64,000 nucleotides of DNA from Camelus dromedarius (lineage: Eukaryota), in assembly GCF_036321535.1 (NCBI RefSeq), contig NC_087437.1, positions 97,714,001 to 97,778,000 of the forward strand, in the 5' to 3' direction. Numbering within the stretch: the stretch's first letter is position 1; each line of letters begins with the position of its first letter. Positions 1 through 12,899 of the stretch are shown piece after piece. The notes beneath the pieces were generated by a model. It worked only from the letters and a program-made list of their open reading frames with translations. It was not told the DNA's origin and searched no databases. The position numbers and the translations under genes are program-made.

Positions 1-2084
1 AATAAAATCTTCTCATCCACGTTCACAGCCTCTTCCCATGGACAGCCTGTATCCAAAGACTGGCCATGTGGGTGTAACAGGTGTGGCTACTTTACCCAGA
101 TTTGGGAGACTTATAGACCCATCAGAGTCAGAAGGAATATAAATATTTCAAAAACTTAATAATTATTCCTAAAAGTGTAACATCAAAATTGCAGTTAATC
201 ATTTTACTTAATGGTTACTTTAAATAAACAGTTTAACTTTAATGGGATATACTAAGAAATTGGTAATAATTTTGTTTCTAGAGCAGGGAACTATGGATTT
301 TAGTCCTTTTAGTGCATTTTTGTTCTGCATCATAGTGAGAGAAACTGTCAAACAAGCAAAAGGAATTTTGCTGTAACAATACAAATTCCAAAAGTTCTAT
401 AACTGAGACAACTTAGACAGGAACACTATGGCCTAGAAGACCCTGTTAGATACCTTTAGAGAGGGCTTAACTGATTAAAAGAAAAAGACTTCGGTATTTA
501 AAAATGCATGTGAAGAGTTTGAGTAAATTGTTTCATCAACCATGAGAATCTCTAAATTATATCGTCTTATATAATGTGTATGATTAACAAATGTTATAAG
601 TAGACATTTGACTTTTATCCACAGCACAAATTCTATATTCAATTTATATTTTCAGCTTTGCTCACATGAAAAATCATCTCAATGGGAAAATTTGGGAGAT
701 CTTTAACACCTTCCCTTGCCCCAACCCAGGGACATAAGTAAATATATAAATTATTAGTCAGTGATTTATTTCCTAGAAAGAAAGAGAAAATAAAAATAAC
801 ATTTAAGACCCTTATCATGATCTCTTTCTTTAAAAAAAAACTGAGTGAACAAAAAATACACTTATTTGGAGGAGGAATTGCAGAGATGTGATGCAATTTG
901 AGCCTAGAATACTGATCTCACTCATTTAGGATCTATATATTTGCCAAGCATGGATTTTCAAATCATCACTACTGGTGTCCCTTCAAATAGCAGATACTAT
1001 CCAGATTTTCTCTCTATTATGTAGGTCAGCTCAGTCTGCCGTGTTCCTCACGTCCCTGCTACTGCCAGAAAGAAAGGCTGTTATATGTTCTTTTAAGATG
1101 AAAACCCATGCAGTTTTCAGATGGATGGGATATAGCAATCCTTAATTGTTTCTCTTGTGTTGCCACTCACTCCATTTGAGGACACTTAACATAACTTCCA
1201 CTTTCCTCTTGCTGGCCCTCATGAGGGGATCTCAACACGTATTAGAGAAGGGATGAAGAAAAATATGCTGCATTAATGCCACGTCTACACAGCCATGCAT
1301 GTTTCTTTTGCTCTTTCAGGCTGCTGTGGCAAAACTCCAGTGTATCACTATGCTGAATCCCTTCACCTTTTATTCTCCTTTTGTAGCTAACATCTTTTAT
1401 TATCCTACCTCCGTGTGTTCGGGGTCCATGCAGAGGGGTTGGTAACAACCTCTCCAGTAAGGCATACAAGAGATATCTTTTTTTAAAAAACACAAGTATG
1501 CTCATGCTCTGTTCTTACCTGATAATCTTAAATAGGTCCTGACTAGAATAGCTCCTTTTTCTATGACGCACAAACCTCATATAATCTGACCTACTTGTAT
1601 CACATCTGTGCTCCCATCTTGCCTCATACTCCCAACTGTACTAAGCCACATTCTCTTCCATGCCCCTCTCTTAGCATGAGCTAATTCATAAACATCTATC
1701 AGGAACCAGTTTAATCATCTCTATGATAAGTCAAGCCCTCCCTGACCTCCACTGCAGTGGATACTCAGCCTCTGCTCCACACCAGACCTCAAAATAATCA
1801 TTATTTCTGCTATGATCACAGGATATGGCAACATATGTTTAACCAGGTTGCTTTCCTAGTAGGATATAACTTCCTTGAATCTAGGAACCCAAAATTTTTC
1901 TTTTTTGTATCCCAAATACCTGTCATACTTGAGGAAGGCTTGTTGAAGAGATTGATTGAAATGATTAAGTACACAGTAACCCTACTCCTTTCAAGGAGAT
2001 GCATGAAGAACAAGTGAGTGTTTGCAAAATATTTTAAAGCTGCAAAAGCAACTCTTCAGAGATGCACTCTCTAAAAAATATATC

Positions 2085-3570
2085 AAGGAATAACCAGAAT
2101 ACTATTGAATGAGATGACAAAGTTGGAGAACTGACACCACCCAACTTTAAGACTTACTATAAAGCTACAATAATCAAGACAGCGTGGTGGAAGAACAGAC
2201 AAATAGATCAATGAAACAAAATAGCCCAGAAATAGATCCACATAAATATAATCACTTGATCTTTGACAAAGGAGCAAAGGCAAGACAATGGAGAAAAAAT
2301 TGTCTTTTCAACAATGGTGCTGGAACAATATGACATCAACATACAAAACAATCTAGACAAAGATTTCACCCAAATATTAATTCAAAATGGTTCATAGACC
2401 TAAATGTAAAGTGCAAGCTATTAAACTCCTAGAAGATAACATACGAGAAAACCTAGATGACCTTTGTAATGGTCATTACTTTTTAAGATATAACCCCAAA
2501 GACATGATCTATGAAAGTGATAATTGATAAGATGATGGATTTTATTAAAATTAAAACTTCTGCTCTTCTAAAGACAATGCCAAGAGATTGAGAAAATAAG
2601 CCACAGACTGGAAGAAAGTACTTGCAAAAGACACATCTGTTCAAGGACTTACCCAAAATATAAAAAGAACTTTGAAAACTCAACAATAAGAAAATAAACA
2701 AACTGACTGAAAAATGGCAAAAGACAATAACAGATACCTCACTAAAGAATATATAAGAAAGTCAAACAAGAAAAATGCTCAATGTCATGTCATCAGAGAA
2801 ATGTAAATTAAAACAACTGTGAGATTCCACTGCACATCTATTAGAATGGCTCAAATCCAGAACACTGACAGCACCAAATGCTGGTGAGGATGTGTAGCAA
2901 CAGGAACTCTCATTCATTGCTTGTAACAAGGCGAATTGGTATAGCCACTTCGCAAGACAGCTGGATGGTTTCTTACAAAACTAAACATACTCTTACCATA
3001 TGATCCAGCAATTGTGTTCCTTGATATTTACTTTTGAGGATCTGAAAACTTACGTCTACACAAAAACCTACACTTGGATGTTTGTAAAAGCTTTATTCAT
3101 AATTGCCAAAACTTGGAAGCAACCAAGATATCCTTCTGTAGGTGAATGAATAAATAAACCATGGAATCATGGAATACCTAGATGTTGGAATATTTTTTTA
3201 AAATGAGCTACCAAGCCATGAAACGACATGGAGGAACCTTAAATGCATAATACTAAGTGAAAAAGCCAATCTTTTGGCTGTATGATTCTAATTATATGGC
3301 ATTCTGGAAACAGTAAAACTATGGGATTTGTCCAAACCCACAGAAGGTACAACATCAAGAGTGAACTATAATGCAAGCTACGGGCTCTGGGTGATTAGGA
3401 CATATCAATAGAGGTCCATCAACCGTAGCAAATGTACAATGCTGGTGGGGGATGTTGATAATGGAGGAAGTTCTGCAAGTGTGTTAGCAAGGAGTATATG
3501 GAAAAATCCCTGTACCTTCCTTTCAATTTTGCTGCGAAGCTTGAAGTGCTCTTTAAAAAAAATCTTAATA
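2085..3570 (+). mobile_element. Old L1 3' fragment (ORF2 end + 3' UTR, L1MC-like)
   Basis: ORF2-like aagacttactataaagctacaataatcaagacagcgtgg, gatccagcaatt, and 3' UTR gtccaaacccacagaa...caagagtgaac. Frame is degraded. Confidence 0.85.
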
Positions 3571-3699
3571 AAATATTTCAGGCAGTATTGAAATTGAGAC
3601 CATCTGGCTTAAAATCAAGCCAAATGACCAACTTCCAATGACTTCAGAGCACAATTTTTCCCTGACATGTATTGTCCGTGCAGCGTGGCACAGAGTTTA

Positions 3700-3734
3700 T
3701 ATATATAGAGTTTACACATATACAGAGAGAGTTT

Positions 3735-3772
<38 letters not shown>

Positions 3773-3808
3773 TACACACACACACATACATACATATATA
3801 CATATATA
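3700..3808. repeat. Compound (TA)n(CA)n microsatellite
   Basis: Directly visible. Confidence 0.9.
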
Positions 3809-3936
3809 TTTTTGTTTCTTTGGGTTTTTTTGGGGGTAATTAGGTTTATTTATTTATTTTAATGGAGGTACTGGAGATTGAACTCAGGACCTTGTGCATG
3901 CTAAGCATGCACTCTACAACTGAGCTATCCTCCCCC
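3809..3936 (-). mobile_element. tRNA-Ala-derived SINE (camelid Vic-1-like)
   Basis: Minus strand ggggaggatagctcagttgtagagtgcatgcttagcatgcacaaggtcctgagttcaatctccagtacctcc, with A and B boxes and an A-rich tail. Confidence 0.85.
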
Positions 3937-4109
3937 ACAAAGTATAATCTGTTTTTTCTCTGGCTTCTTTTGTTTTCCCCGTTAAGTATCTTATATAACA
4001 GACTTTATATAAAACATCTATTTTCTTTGTTGTCCCTCAATCATATATATAAAATACACAGCTTTTCTTGCTGTCACATATGTTCTACCTATTTCAAGTT
4101 TCAGAAAGA

Positions 4110-4533
4110 TATGTTGCTTAATTTTGCTGCATAACAAACCATCCCAAAATAGGGCCTAAAATAACAACCACCTCATTGAGTCCATGGTTTTATGGGTTGG
4201 TTGTGTGTTTCTTCACAACCTGGGCTGGCTCTGCCAATCCCTGGGTCTGGGATCAGTCTGCCTGATGGCAGCTGTTGGCTGGCGCATTTGAGTTCTCCTC
4301 CAATCGGTGCCTTACCCTTCCAGGAGCCTAGCTTGGGCGTTTTAACGTGATCCAGCATCCAAGGCCATCAGGTACTGTTCAGATCTCAGTTTGTGTCACA
4401 TCTGTTTTTGTTCCAGTGTCCAACGTAAGACGCATGTTCAAGCCCAGAGTCAGGGTTTGAGGGAGTTACCTATGGGAATGATTACAGGCAAATTCGGACA
4501 GATTGGGGGCCATTCCTAAAACGATTTGCCACA
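4110..4533 (-). mobile_element. MLT1-type (ERVL-MaLR) solo LTR
   Basis: ttgctgcataacaaaccatcccaaaat is the reverse complement of the MLT1 3' end. The other end reads tgtggc on the minus strand. Confidence 0.65.
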
Positions 4534-7500
4534 GGAGGCAAACTATCATTGTTTGTCATATTTGTTTCCAGTAGCCTGATCTCCTGGATTTGTGGGTTCT
4601 CACTGGAAAGTGAAATAATGGGGCAGCATGTGGTAGAGAGTGGAAGACTGCTCACTTTCAGAAAGTAGTTACTTCCCAGTAGATAAATGACCATATACCT
4701 CTGGTTGGAAAGTTGAAATCACTTCTTCCTCTTTATTCTCAGTTCAATTATCTGTCTCAATGTCCCACTTGTGTTTGATTATTATAATCTCCTCCTGAAG
4801 TTTGGAAGATGGTGATTAATTTTCCTTGACTGCAGAAATTTTCAAACCTAGATTCTGTGTGTTTCCTTGACTTGTTCAGTGGGAAGGGGGAGGTAGGGAA
4901 GAATCCAGCTCTGTTGGTTGCCACCATCCTATCCCTGGGGTGTCTTTCAAATAATTTTTCTTTACCGTATATTGAAAACAGTGCCTATATTCAAATCTAT
5001 AAACATTGAGCAAGTGTTATTTTTGGTACAGGCTGTGGGAGAATCAGGTTGCAATAAGATACTCCCTATGTTCAGTAACTCATTATTTAACAGAAACTGT
5101 ATCTTTTAGAATGAAAGTTTCTTGTGGACAGTGTCTTAGGTCACATGGTTCTGAGAATACATTTACTTTGAGCATTAAAATAAAGTTATTGATAAATTCT
5201 GATTCTCTCTCTTTATTAATCTCTCTCATCCCATATTCCCCCACTTAAAGAATATTCTGCTAAGAGTAAACCACTTACTAATTCTTTATTCTTCATTTTG
5301 ACAACCCTCATCTTGAAAACTTTTTCCATAAACATTTTCCTAATTAAACTTCTCACCTACCAAGTGTTAAAGACAAACACAACATTAACAAATATTAGAG
5401 TAAAAAATCCTTTGAAAACTTTGACACATTCAACTAACAAAAGTTCCAATGATTTCAGTCTATACCTGCAGTAAACCTTATTTCTTTTTACCTTCAAATT
5501 GTTTCTTTTGCCAGAGAGTTATTAAGGAAAGACCTGAAATTTATAATTCATCTATGTGTTTGTAATGTTAACATTTTAATACTTCAACAATATATGTAAA
5601 ATAAATTTAAAAATTCAATTATAAATGCAAATTATTATTAAATACTTTGTCTTGATTAACATCATCTAATGTTAAAATCAAATCTGGTTTTACTACATTC
5701 TTCGAAAATAATTTAAGACACAGATAATCTTACATTTGCTCTACAGTGAGAGCTCTCTGATCTCTAACCAGAACCACATGAAACATTTTGTTCTTCTAAA
5801 CAGCCAGCAATTACTGGTATCTGCCCACTCTTCCCCAACTAAGCCAAAAAAAGAAACTTACTGCCTCACTTGTTTAATTTGCATTTATCATTCAACAAAT
5901 GCTTATGGAGTCCCTGAAACAGGCCGGGCATTCATCTAGACCTTGAGAGTACAAAGATGTAAATATAATACAAAATTCCTTACTCTCAAGAAGATTAAAT
6001 TCTAGTGATGTATATGAGCAAGTAAGCAAAGTGTTCTGCTACTCCATGCTGTAACAGAGACATGGAATAGCATCTTTTGGGAAACAGAGGAGGAGGCCAA
6101 AGCAAAAGAAGGTATCAGTTTGGGAGAGGTAGCAAGTGAACCATGGAAAAGGCCAAGAAATGGTCCAACTGGGAAGGAAAGGGTGAGGGCAATCCTGAGT
6201 TAAGAACTGGAAGGTGCTGTTGGGAATCAACAGGAAAACTGGAAGAGTACTCAATAGGGTCCTCGTGAATCTGGGTGAATTATTTGTTGCTTTGAATCTT
6301 CACACACTCTGCAATGTTATGTTCCACTTAAAGTACTTTAATCATGACTGTGAGCCCACATCCAAAACATTCTTCCATGTCCCTGCTAGATACATAATTC
6401 TACCTCTAGCCAAGAGCCTAGCATTCCAGAAACTTAAGCCATGGTATAGAAATCCAAATTCAACTCATCAACACCATCTGCATAACCAGCTGTTCACCTC
6501 CTATATTTCCTTCTTTTTTTTCATGTACCACACAGGCATAGGAAAGAAAGAAATTAAGAATGAAAATCTTTGTGCATTGAATTCCTGCATTTCCTAACCC
6601 CAGTGTCATCCCCTAATGTTCTCTGACAGTGTTGTTTCTGTTACCTGGAGAAGCAGGTTGTATTGCCTTGGGGAAGAATTTAGGTATTTGTTAACTTTTA
6701 GCGGTGTCTCATACTAAGATCCTAAAAGCACAGGCCAGAAAACCAGCACGTGTCTGGTGATTTGCTGGGATGTTCACATGCAGCAAGCTCCACAGCTATT
6801 GGCAGCCCTCACCGGCCACATCTTCTTGGAGGCACAGTTTCTCAGAGCCAGGCTCCCACTTTGTCCCGTGCTTTTTATCCAGATGATTTGACTTCCTGTT
6901 CCGGCATTCATCCTTTATTCATTCACAAACATTTACGTAATGCCTAATATGTACTCAGTAGGCAACCTTCAAAACACAGTAAGCATATCTTTCAAGTATT
7001 GTCAATTATCTGAAGGATTTTTTTTTCTTTTTCTCCCCTCAGTCACTGAAGGTGATAAAACTGTATACCTTATCAAGCACTTGTAAGGACTAAATGAAAT
7101 ACTACAAGTCAAAGACTTAAAACATGGACTGGCACATAGTAAGTACTCATTATCTATTTGGTATCAATATTATTATTATTATGTGAAAAAAAGGATTAAT
7201 GCGTAAACCATAAATATTATGACCCAAAACAATGCTTTTATGAATATAACTGATTCCAAGTATTTTTACATAATTGTGCCTCTTCTATATTGGCCACATA
7301 CACAATTAGACGATTATCCAGTAAATTAGATTGGTATTACAACATTCCTGAATGATACAATTTTTTAAACTGTAGTTTATTAAAACAAAATCTTGTTGCC
7401 CTTTGATTATGTCCACTCATCATTTCAGTCAACCATTGTGTGTAACAAAGTATGATTTGTTGCTCTGTTGGTGATTTACGTTTTTAAACTTGATGTTTAT

Positions 7501-8732
7501 TATTCAGTGTAAACACAAAGAAGGCACAACCATAAAATAGGGAATATGTCATTTAATTAGATAAATCCTAAAATTAACCTAAAAATAATCAAACTGTTGC
7601 TGAGAGGACTTTGAATGACAGTGTTGAGTCCAAGTCTATGACCAGGGCCAAGTAGGCACCCTGAAGGATGAAGAAGTTAAACACTTCATCTCTCTGTAGC
7701 TTTCTGCATCTGATCCAGAATATCCTGTCTTCAAAGCAGCCTGGTGTAATGCATTTTGTGCATAATGGCTATTTGTTCCTTCTATTGTCCTCGATAATTG
7801 CTATAAAATATCTGTGGTTCTTTATGGTCCCCTGAAAAGTGCACATATTTTTTCTTACTGCTATTTTTGATCTATGATTTCTACAAACTTGGGGAAAAAA
7901 CAAATATGATTAAAAATATTCCTTGAAGACTGAACTTGTGGGTCAGAGGAGTTTACTTCCCTCACCCCCAAGACAAGCTCCAAAGGCTTCCTTTCATTGT
8001 TTTATCTTGAAAAAAAAAAAGTCTAGGGAATTTGGATACTGGAGAAGATATTGCAATATGAAAATCTATAAGCATTTTTTAGTTATGTATTTGAGTTATC
8101 CTTGAAAGAGTCTATCACCTGTGGAAAGGAGGCTTTGCTAGGAGGGTCACGGGATCCTTTAATATGCTATGGGACAAACTGGTTACTGTTTCTCTGTTAC
8201 CCAGAGGCCCTAAGCAATCAGGAATACTGGAGCAGGATTTCTGCCCCTAGTAACACATCTCTAATGCATTTTATTTAATTTAAAATGTCATTAACGTCAT
8301 AAACTGAGATTCAAAACTTTCTGGGGTTATCTGGCAAACTAACTGAGGGGGATTGGAAAAGTGAAATTACATAAGGGTTTGCAGTTTTGTTTAAGAATGT
8401 GGGAAGTGTGAGCAAATGCCCCAATGACAGGAGAGAGACGGTGTCTCTATTGACTGGAGTCAGAGGCCTATGGAGTGAAAGGCTGCAGCAGAAACTGAAG
8501 GCACTGTTTTCAAGAAGGACTGTCAGAGAGTAGAAGTACAGGAAGCAGTACTTAACCCCTAAGCAAGATGTGAAGAGCCTTCTACACATTTCTGCCTGGA
8601 GCACACATCAAATACATCAAGGTCTTCACACATCGGTATTTTCCAGGTAGGCAGCAACGATGGCCATGATTCACCTTCACATGTCTTATTAAATTAGGCA
8701 AAAGTCATCATTGTGGAGCTAGTGATAGAAGG

Positions 8733-9123
8733 TATTATGAGATGAACTGTTTCCTCCCAAAATTCGTATGCTAAAGCCCTAACTCCCAGTACCTCAGAAT
8801 GTGACCGTATTTAGAAATAGGGTCTTTGAAGAGGTGATTAAATGAAAATGAGTCCATTAGGGTGGGCCATAATCCAGTCTGACTGATGTCCCTGTAAGAA
8901 GAGGAAATGCAGACGTACAACAGAGACACCATGCACAGAGGAAAGACCCTGTGAGGACACAGCAAGCAGGTGTCCATCTGCAAGTCAAGGAGAGAGAAGA
9001 AACCAAACCTGCCAACACTTTGATCTTAGACTTCTAGCCCCCTGGACTGTGAGAAAATAAATCTATGTTGTTTAAGCCACCCTGTCAGTGATATTTATAT
9101 GGCATCCCCAGAAAAATAATACA
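8733..9123 (+). mobile_element. MLT1B-like solo LTR
   Basis: ccaaaattcgtatgctaaagccctaactcccagtacctcagaatgtgaccgtatt...ctgtgagaaaataaat...gtttaagccacc...taataca. Near 5-bp TSD gaagg/gcagg. Confidence 0.85.
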
Positions 9124-9290
9124 GCAGGAAATCAAAATGTAGACACTGTGACTATAGTTGACAGATTGGTTTAGGAACACACATAAAGCAAGCCTTGGGA
9201 GCATTTAGACAAAAGTGAGAGAAAACTGAGGCCCAGGAATTCCTGGACTGAAGGATAAATGGGAGAATGCCAAGGACATTTAGATTATTA

Positions 9291-9511
9291 CAGTTGACCC
9301 CTGAGAAACAGAGTTTTGAACTGCATGGGTCCACTTATATGTGGATTTTTTTAAAATAAATACTATAGTACTATGTGGTCTGTGGTTGTTTGAATCCGTG
9401 GATGTGGAACCATGGATCTGGAGAGCTAACTATGGGACGTGAGCATCTGTGGATTTCGGTATCCTTGGTGGTTCCTGGAACCAATCTCCCAAGGATACCT
9501 AAGGATGACTG
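9291..9511 (+). mobile_element. Tigger-derived MITE (MER8-like)
   Basis: Termini cagttgaccc...aaggatgactg, with TA on both sides. Confidence 0.8.
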
Positions 9512-9574
9512 TATTTTGAATGTAATATATGTAATTTATAAATATAGCTATTAACATGTTTTGAACTTTGAAGA

Positions 9575-9810
9575 AGCACATAACATAGGGGTTAAAACCA
9601 CAGACTCAAGAGACAGACTTCTTAAGTTTCAATTCTCATTTTGTACATGATTCTTGGTAAGTTAGTTAACATTTCTATGTCTCAGTTTCTCCATCAATGG
9701 CTATAACAAGGCCAATCTCACAGGGGTTTTGTGGGGATTAAATGAATTGATAAAGTATTAAACTGTGGCAGGAATACAATGATGTATGTTAAGTGTTAGT
9801 TGCCATTATT
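9575..9810 (+). mobile_element. MIR SINE
   Basis: ggttaaaaccacagactc...tctcagtttctccatc...ggattaaatga core. Confidence 0.7.
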
Positions 9811-10359
9811 TTTATAATTATCATCATTATGGGCAGACACGAGTCAAAGTGTTGAATCAGTCTTCACAATAATGCTTAGATGACTGAAACATGGTGAGGT
9901 AAATTTAATTACTCAAGGTGATCATTAGTTAAGTGGTAGACCCAGGATCTGACATTAAAGATTATAGACCCATAGATATTGTGCTCCACAGAAATAAAGC
10001 CTTTATTTACAAAGCATTACAAAATGCCAAACAGATCACTAAACAGGTGTATCTATGTTTACAACATTTATATTAATCCAAGTGACTTCTACAAATGACA
10101 AATTTACAAATTAGAAAAAATATTAATTTATTTTATTACTGTAGTCTGAGTGGAAATGGTGTTGTTTAAACAGTATTTTGGAGAGATAAGTTTCTCTTTT
10201 GTTCTAAAGACATATTATCTATTAATAATAAGTAATTAATGGAAACATTCAATGAGAAACATTTAATTAAGGTAAATAGAAATAAACATTATTTAAAATA
10301 TATTCAGATTGCTTTACCATATGCATTTTTAAATATTTTATATTTTTGATTCTTAAAAA

Positions 10360-10365
10360 TTTATT
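10360..10365 (-). terminator. Candidate LIPI polyadenylation signal AATAAA (others at ~10127-10137 and 10002-10007)
   Basis: tttatt on the plus strand ~125 nt downstream of the stop. The region is AT-rich, so the site actually used cannot be determined. Confidence 0.35.
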
Positions 10366-10489
10366 TGAGTAGAAATATCTGAATTCCAGATTGAACAATG
10401 CATTCTAAAAAAAATACTGATTGCATTGTTCCCATTTACAAGTTCTTTAATTTACAAACAAGTTGTTACGTTTGATGGAAGAAGGTATT

Positions 10490-10577
10490 TTATATTTCAT
10501 TTGGTGTGCATATGATTGGGCTGAGAAATATTTCTTCACTTTCTTTAAGTACAAAATTATAGGTGCAAAGTGGTCGT
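10490..10577 (-). CDS. LIPI: LIPI coding exon 10 (terminal, RRPLCTYNFVLKESEEIFLSPIICTPNEI*)
   Basis: Strong polypyrimidine tract ttctcttttattctctttcacag, then 88 nt to TAA. Total CDS 1383 nt = 460 aa, the same length as the recalled human short isoform. Confidence 0.94.
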
Positions 10578-12899
10578 CTGTGAAAGAGAATAAAAGAAAG
10601 AGAAAAAATAACTATTAATAAAACAGCAAAGTTTATTTACTTCTCATAAATATTGGAATATACTATGCCTATAACTAACTAGTTCTCCAAATGCAAGGAG
10701 TTGAAACAAACCTATAGGATCATTTCTACTTCATCTCATCTAGCTACATAGGAATGAATAGACACAATATTTGAAAAAGAAAAAATTCTCTGCATTTCAA
10801 AATCCTTTCTCCTTGCTGCTACCCTGGAATACTTATGTTGAATGGGAAATATTTTGGGATGCTGAAATAACTGAAAACTAAATTCAGCTCTTAGTGGCCA
10901 ACCTACTTCTTCTAAGGTGATATCCACCAAGAAAGAGTTAGGCTGAACTACACAGACAAACTTTGTGAAATTATTTAATTTATCCTTTGCCACCGCTAAA
11001 AATGGAAATAATAATGTTTAAAGTATTCTACATCTTGGAGAGATGGTATATTTAGTATTTAAAGATTTCTGAGAAGTCAAGTCACTGTGGTGAATCAGAT
11101 ATCTTGTCTAATAATTTATCTTCCTGTTAATGTCTTGAAAGTCTTCAAAAAAGTAATCAAATAGAAAAAGCAAAGATTGGTCAAAGTTCAGGAATGGCGC
11201 TAAAGAAAAAAATGGTAGTAATAAATGGAAATTTCCTGGTATCAGTCATACTAGCTTAGTCAAGGAAGAAGGGTAATTCAACTGCACAGGTGCTGTTAGA
11301 TCACCCTTGTCTTACACATGCCCTGCTCTAGATCACGAGATGCATTGCTCCCCATCTCCTTCTAGCATGATTAAGACATCTTGGAACACGTTTTTAAAGT
11401 ATTCAACAGTATTGTTAGGTTAAACTATTCCATTTTTAAATAAATCAATTTCCTATGTCTGCTAATGGGTTGGAAAGTAAAAATATAGACATTTTCATCT
11501 TTAATTATAAAAGCTGATACAGGAGACTACAGTATTTTCCATTTGAAATAATACAGGCATCTTAGAATTTTAAGTTTAATACTATAAAAATAAATGTGAA
11601 ATGACATTACCTTAGTCTTGTAAGATTTTTAGATATTAGCAAAAGTAGCTTTTTGTTAAATCATCAGAGATTAGAATGTAATTAAAAAATCAGACATAAT
11701 TCTTTCTCCATTATTAAGAAACAAGTGGAAGGATGATTTTACCACTTCCCCTAAGAAATGTGTATATACTTCTGTCCACTTTTTATCTAGCCTGCTGCAG
11801 CCCTTATCCACTGAATATGCCTTCAATGCCGGATCTCCCTGATCCACCACACTTTTAACTTGTCATGGTAGGACAAGGGTGTCATTAGGCTTATTCATAT
11901 ATTACTTCAGTCATTAAGTAACAGTCCTGTTCACACATTTATAACACATTATTAAGGCAAGTGTGTTTTTATTTCTTTTCCACAATAAAATAAAAGCTCA
12001 CAACCCTGTTACTATTGAAATACGTTCAAAATAGTAAATGCATATTTTTTATAAATATTCCACATTTTACAAAGCTTCTGCAGTCATTACAAAACAGTTT
12101 AGGCGGGTTCATTACACCTAACAAAGTTAAATTTTATCAAAACTATGAGAAAAGTTTATTTTCTTTGTTTTTACAGTGTGAAAAGCCTATCTAATTCTAT
12201 TACCAGGACTCTAAGTTTGAGATCAATTATTCTATTTTATTAATAGTTCCTTCTCCCCAAGATAAAGTTAAACTCTACAATTTAGAAAAATGTGTGATAT
12301 ATGTTGAACTATCATAGAAAAAGAATATTTTTTTAATTTTAAAAAAGAACACTGAATATTATATTTCTAATTCTTTGTTTACCTCAAATTAGCAGACATG
12401 AACACAGAACACTGATGAAGTACAAACTTTAATAAAAATAATAAAAGAAATCCAAGGATTAAAAAGCACTCTAAAATTCAGATACAATTAGTTTTTAATT
12501 TTAATTCGTATACATCTTACAAAATTACAAGATATATATATATATCCTTCTTTATTTGAAAAAGCTCCTTAGGTCTTTTGTACAACATATCACCACATCT
12601 ATGCATCTAGTATTCTTTAAAAAGTTACTTAGAATAAGGTTCCCACCACTGACAAAGGTGCCTATCCCGTCTACCAGATTCGAAAAACCAATAATTCACA
12701 GGTCATTGGGTAAAACTCATGGAATGGTCTTGCCTCAGTAATGGGAGTAATTAACTCTAATCCTAGCACTACTCCAGACCTGCCTAAAAAACCTTGAAAG
12801 CTAGAGCTGAAAGAATCAACCTGTTTATAAGTAACTTAATAGAATCTTGAGAATAAACCTGAAGAATATTTATAAAAATACAGAAGTATGGGTTCCCAG

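Noticed and set aside
3865..3936. tRNA-Ala-like sequence as a real tRNA gene
   Set aside because: It has an A-rich tail and three diverged copies in the window, so it is a SINE head.
6214..6597. 127-aa plus-strand ORF
   Set aside because: Non-ATG start, next to L2-like sequence, no recognisable domain.
7600..7850. Possible extra minus-strand exon after a cacttttcag acceptor
   Set aside because: All three frames hit stops within ~60 nt, and it lies downstream of the LIPI stop.
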